DNA of 64,000 bases from Phoronis australis (Eukaryota > Animalia > Phoronida), in assembly GCA_002633005.1 (NCBI GenBank), contig NMRA01000186.1, forward strand, positions 289,479-353,478, in the 5' to 3' direction. The notes beneath the pieces are model-generated. The model worked only from the letters and a program-made list of their open reading frames with translations. It was not told the origin of the DNA and did not search any database. The position numbers and the translations under genes are program-made. How positions within the stretch are numbered: the stretch's first letter is position 1; each line of letters starts with the position of its first letter. Below, in pieces: positions 61,201 to 64,000 of the stretch.

Positions 61201-64000
61201 GTAGGCCTACCATTTCTGTTTCTAGTTATTCTTCATAAAAATGAGTCCCACAATGTCGACAACCCGTAGCCTATATGTGCATCAGTGTATGCGACAATGA
61301 TAAGCAAACCTTTTCTCTCAACACACCATCATTACTAACTGATGTTGGACCATCCTGTTGAAAACTCATTGAAGTCTGGGCTTTGAATACTAATACATAC
61401 CATAACTTCTTTTTGCTTTAGGCACCGACCAAGGATGTATTCTAGTCTCGCTAGTTGGAGCCACGGTGCTGCCTAAAAGATATTCAACCCAATGAGTTCC
61501 GTCATGGTGTGAAAGAATCTCGTGCCAGTGCCTCAGCAAAAGAAAATGACAACATTTCTATATGCTGAACTAAGGCCGAGAATCCAACAACCTGACCAGT
61601 CGTAGAGTCCAAATGGTAAACCCGCCTTACGGTGACAGACATTTTGAAAAATACCCGACCCGTGTACAAGGGAATACTGAATGGCACTGAGATAAGTAAT
61701 CTAGTCAAGGCCTTGCTGTAGTGCACTAGCTGTCTCCTTTCCCTCGATATCATTAAAGAGTGTTTTGGCTGGAATTATTTCCTTGACTCCACTGGGGGTG
61801 GGGGAGATCACATACTTATTTAATGACTTGGCTGAATGCATGCTATTTTCATGTCAGCAGCGTAATACGAAAATGTTTCACACTCTGTATAGTTCGTGAT
61901 GCGACAACAGTTTTTCTAATAAAATTATTTTTAATATATTCTGCACTTAGAGCAGAAGGAAGCACAAATTTTGAAGAAGTCCTGATAAAATCTGCTACAT
62001 ATCTCAATGATGGCTCTATGAATACGATGCATTAATTTGTTGCGCTATTCATTTTAAATGTTCATATAAATTGGCCATGTTTCATTCAGCAATCGCTCTC
62101 TAATGATTTAGGTTCTACAAACCGAGAACTAATTTTCACATAGATGTCTATCCCAGTGAACGTGGTTAAGAATTCGCAACGTGTCAAAAGTAAACAAAAT
62201 TAAAATATAGTGCGCCATGAAATATTGCGTCACCTATTAAGCAGCTACTTTTACGCCGATTCTTCAATCAACTGTTCTTCTTTCACGAGTTTGCGTACAT
62301 GTCACAGCAAATTATCGGGACTGGTTTCATTTAGTTAACTGTTTTTAGCATTTTAATTCCTGCAAAGAGAATTTCAGAACAAATTTTGCTGCTGTCAGGC
62401 TGCCATCATCTCCTGAGAGATGTCGCAAATTTTTAGGAAATGGCGCGTGTGTGCCGGTTGGCATGAGCGTACTATTTCGAGACGATGCAACGGGCAAGGT
62501 GTCGGTTGACTCCCAGATATTGCATGCACCACCGCTCATCGTTAGCTTAATGTTTTGAAGTACATTTCACGACGAGGCCTAGATTACATTATTTTAGCAT
62601 GGGAACAATGCATACGAGCGTTTTCGATGACTGTCAATGAAAAACTCCTATTTGCGATTAAAAAGCTAAGCGAGAACTTCTATCGATACGTCGTCATTTT
62701 GTAGAGGCTCGCGAACGCACAGCCTCTTTGCAAAGCGAGTACGTATTTCAAATTAAAATAGAATAGTGGTAATCTAATCAAAATACATTAGTCATAGTGT
62801 GTTTACGAGACTGGAGGGTAGGCTGACGCTTCCACACATAAAATCGGCTTGAGCGACGAAAACGAGGTTGGGATCATTTTTCGTTAAAGTGCTTAGCGCC
62901 TTTTTACCAAGACACACCTTGTATAACGTCTGGTTAGGCTATTTTGAAAGCCAGAGAGTGAACGCGAGCGTTTCCTATGACTGTCGATCAGAAACTTTCC
63001 TATATTGTGACTGAAATTTTGAAATAAGCGAAACTTTTTGCTGAAGTGTCGACATTTTATCACCGACCAAAATTTTCGTTAGTGTCGAAAGAGGACGATG
63101 CAAAGGAATGTAAAATCCTGTAGGTTGACTCTCGGATTTTGGATGCACCCCAACCCGTCCGGTGGTTAGCTACAAATGTTGATATATGATTCGAAGTGCA
63201 ACAACACTAAGCGTGATCCGGCAAGCCTTGCACTCAGGCTATAGATCGCATTATGACTTGGTCATTTTCATTCTTTATCATGCCACTACTTGACATTACA
63301 ACCAAAAACTGACGAACCTTGAGACAGAATTTTCGACTTTTCAATTCTAAATAGTGCTTCTGGACGATGTGGTAGAGTTAGTCCAACCATTGACGGTATC
63401 GTGTCCAGTTGCCAAGTTCGACTTACACCACCGTCTTTCAATGCCCCAGCTTCTAGTTCCGGCGACGATTCCGTGCAGAAGTCTGATCCTACGTTCACGA
63501 GATTACCATTCTCATTGAAATGACTACATACTTTTAGTGGAAGAGCTGTATCCACGCGGCATATGAAACTGATTTGTGAAGAGATGTGAGAAAATACTTT
63601 GAACATGTTCTGGTGTGGTAAACCGTCCACTTTGAATAATCCATCAACACCAACATTTCTCAATGCCTCAATCATCTCTGCACTTAAGTAAACTTTATAC
63701 GGCTGAAAATGCAATAAAAACCGCAGAACTCTGACGCCTTTAATTTGAAGTCCATCTATTCTACGTTTCTCAGCAGCAATCTGACTAACATTTAAACTCG
63801 GTGGTCCAACAGTCACTAAAAAGAAAACCCTTTTGCCAGCTTGCATTCGAAAGAGAACAGATTCTCTAAAGTGTTTTAACGCTCCCAAAACATTAGTCTC
63901 ATTCGAAGCTTCACGCGTAATCTGGAGAAAACTGTCCATGGTGTTTTTAAGTTCGTAATGAAGCTTAATAGAAGTGATCTCTCGGAAATCTCCATTAAGA
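30606..64000 (-). CDS. Gene B (spliced, 5'-truncated by the window): paralogous vWA + 7 sushi/CCP-like + TM protein
   Basis: Exons >64000-63318, 43820-43605, 43323-43096, 42210-41980, 36999-36781, 34599-34366, 32624-32439, 31900-31676, 31246-30606. All GT-AG, phase 1, open frames. Confidence 0.85.
31676..31900 (-). CDS. Gene B sushi-like module 7
   Basis: cccag|TCAGG...TATG|gtaaac, 225 nt. Confidence 0.88.
32439..32624 (-). CDS. Gene B sushi/CCP module 6
   Basis: ttcag|TTAGGCGA...GCAA|gtaagt, 186 nt; FGDNVNYTCLDGY. Confidence 0.9.
32957..34237 (-). mobile_element. Kolobok-type THAP transposase fragment with an inverted duplicate of its 5' end
   Basis: Terminus TTAA|AGGCGAAGG at 34241-34237; ATG at 33973 gives MPRCCCVPGC..HSFPK..W..KHF; downstream frameshifted KFIV..LDLFRRCHVC; arms about 32965-33242 / 33927-34215. 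Confidence 0.75.
34366..34599 (-). CDS. Gene B sushi/CCP module 5
   Basis: ttgcag|CTGTAACG...ACTG|gtaagc, 234 nt. Confidence 0.9.
35288..35406. repeat. Tandem duplication (~50-bp core, 66-bp period)
   Basis: ATCGTTCGTTTTAGTCCGATACCAATATACCAGTTTTTGTCT occurs twice. Confidence 0.85.
36781..36999 (-). CDS. Gene B sushi-like module 4
   Basis: tgtag|AGGTGTGC...ATAG|gtaacg, 219 nt. Confidence 0.88.
37620..37790 (+). mobile_element. Penelope-like element 3' remnant with degenerate hammerhead
   Basis: NRDDGGCKLSKN resembles the GIY-YIG C-terminal NRDxG motif; it is followed by CGGAAGA-TGGCT..AGCC-GAAA. Confidence 0.45.
37800..40050 (+). mobile_element. Decayed non-LTR retrotransposon (RT + RNase H + C-terminal Cys/His motif; I-group, LOA-like)
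   Basis: QAYADDIV; YLGVTL; WGLSPK..WIY; VFQAKI..ILSDIQAA..KAL..AHVGIDCND; LITGRC..CPIC..ETSQH; many stops and frameshifts. Confidence 0.85.
41071..41160. repeat. Perfect 45-bp tandem duplication
   Basis: ATGTGAACTAGTAGCTTAGAGATTATTAGAAGTGGTTCTAACGTC occurs twice. Confidence 0.9.
41980..42210 (-). CDS. Gene B sushi-like module 3
   Basis: ttcag|GAAATTGC...AAGG|gtaagt, 231 nt. Confidence 0.88.
43096..43323 (-). CDS. Gene B sushi-like module 2
   Basis: tttag|ATATAACG...GTCA|gtaggt, 228 nt; GMELKVFCEKGW shared with gene A. Confidence 0.88.
43605..43820 (-). CDS. Gene B sushi-like module 1
   Basis: gacag|AAACCTGC...GAAG|gtttgt, 216 nt; same six Cys as the gene A module. Confidence 0.8.
46765..47330. 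mobile_element. Dispersed element copy; inverted partner at about 51260-51920
   Basis: TATCGTAAGCTCCGCCCC..AAAAGTCACGTGA is the reverse complement of about 51658-51700, with further matching blocks; the partner ends GCTGTCT|TTAA. Boundaries approximate. Confidence 0.6.
49400..49549 (-). pseudogene. THAP-domain N-terminal remnant (transposon-derived)
   Basis: MPLCVVCGCCN..GMNLHKFPTD...RAWNKFVSTTR. Confidence 0.7.
50682..51017. mobile_element. GC-rich hAT-like MITE
   Basis: CATAGGCGGATTTAGGAGGGG...CCTAGATCCGCCACT termini with G/C runs. Confidence 0.55.
52529..54090. mobile_element. Non-autonomous TIR element nested in the inverted-repeat arm
   Basis: TAGACCCAATTCACG...CGTGAATAAGGTCTA; removing it restores collinearity with the 50020-50040 arm. 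Confidence 0.7.
55250..58620. repeat. Composite tandem/dispersed repeat region
   Basis: 55300-55480 resembles 56420-56600; 55950-56300 resembles 57519-57840; roughly 170-190-bp CATCGTCATGATCGTCGTC units at 57700-58220; roughly 60-bp/120-bp TTAGTTGTTGTCCACGCTCATG units at 58220-58620. Confidence 0.75.
56619..57518. mobile_element. Solo LTR (900 bp)
   Basis: TGTCAGA...TCGGACA termini with a 5-bp target duplication TTATG (56614-56618 / 57519-57523); the empty site is seen in the sister repeat near 55950. Confidence 0.75.
63318..64000 (-). CDS. Gene B vWA exon (partial)
   Basis: Frame is open to the window edge; roughly 60-65% identical to the gene A vWA exon; donor CAAG|gttcgt. Confidence 0.88.

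Overview
This is eukaryotic, not prokaryotic, DNA: an AT-rich invertebrate-animal window with GT-AG introns and many transposon remnants, so most short ORFs in the supplied track are either single exons or noise. The main content is a head-to-tail pair of paralogous, multi-exon, minus-strand genes. Each encodes a type-I membrane protein: signal peptide, vWA domain with a broken MIDAS, a short Cys-containing linker, seven divergent sushi/CCP-like modules (one per phase-1 exon), one TM helix and a long Ser/acidic cytoplasmic tail. Gene A spans 25059->5107 (9 coding exons, 3087 nt, 1028 aa by my hand splice). Gene B runs from beyond 64000 to 30606 with the same exon series. Divergence between the paralogs is very uneven: module 1 is about 37% identical, while part of module 3 is about 98% identical in DNA, and the cytoplasmic tail keeps one conserved Tyr-containing block. 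That pattern suggests a diversifying recognition-receptor family (inference). Introns and intergenic DNA hold Kolobok/THAP elements, Harbinger-type MITEs, a decayed RT-RNase H LINE, a Penelope-like remnant, a solo LTR, tandem histone-type stem-loops and an N-flanked 539-bp duplication that is probably an assembly or haplotype artefact. All identities and alignments were done by eye; no database search was possible.
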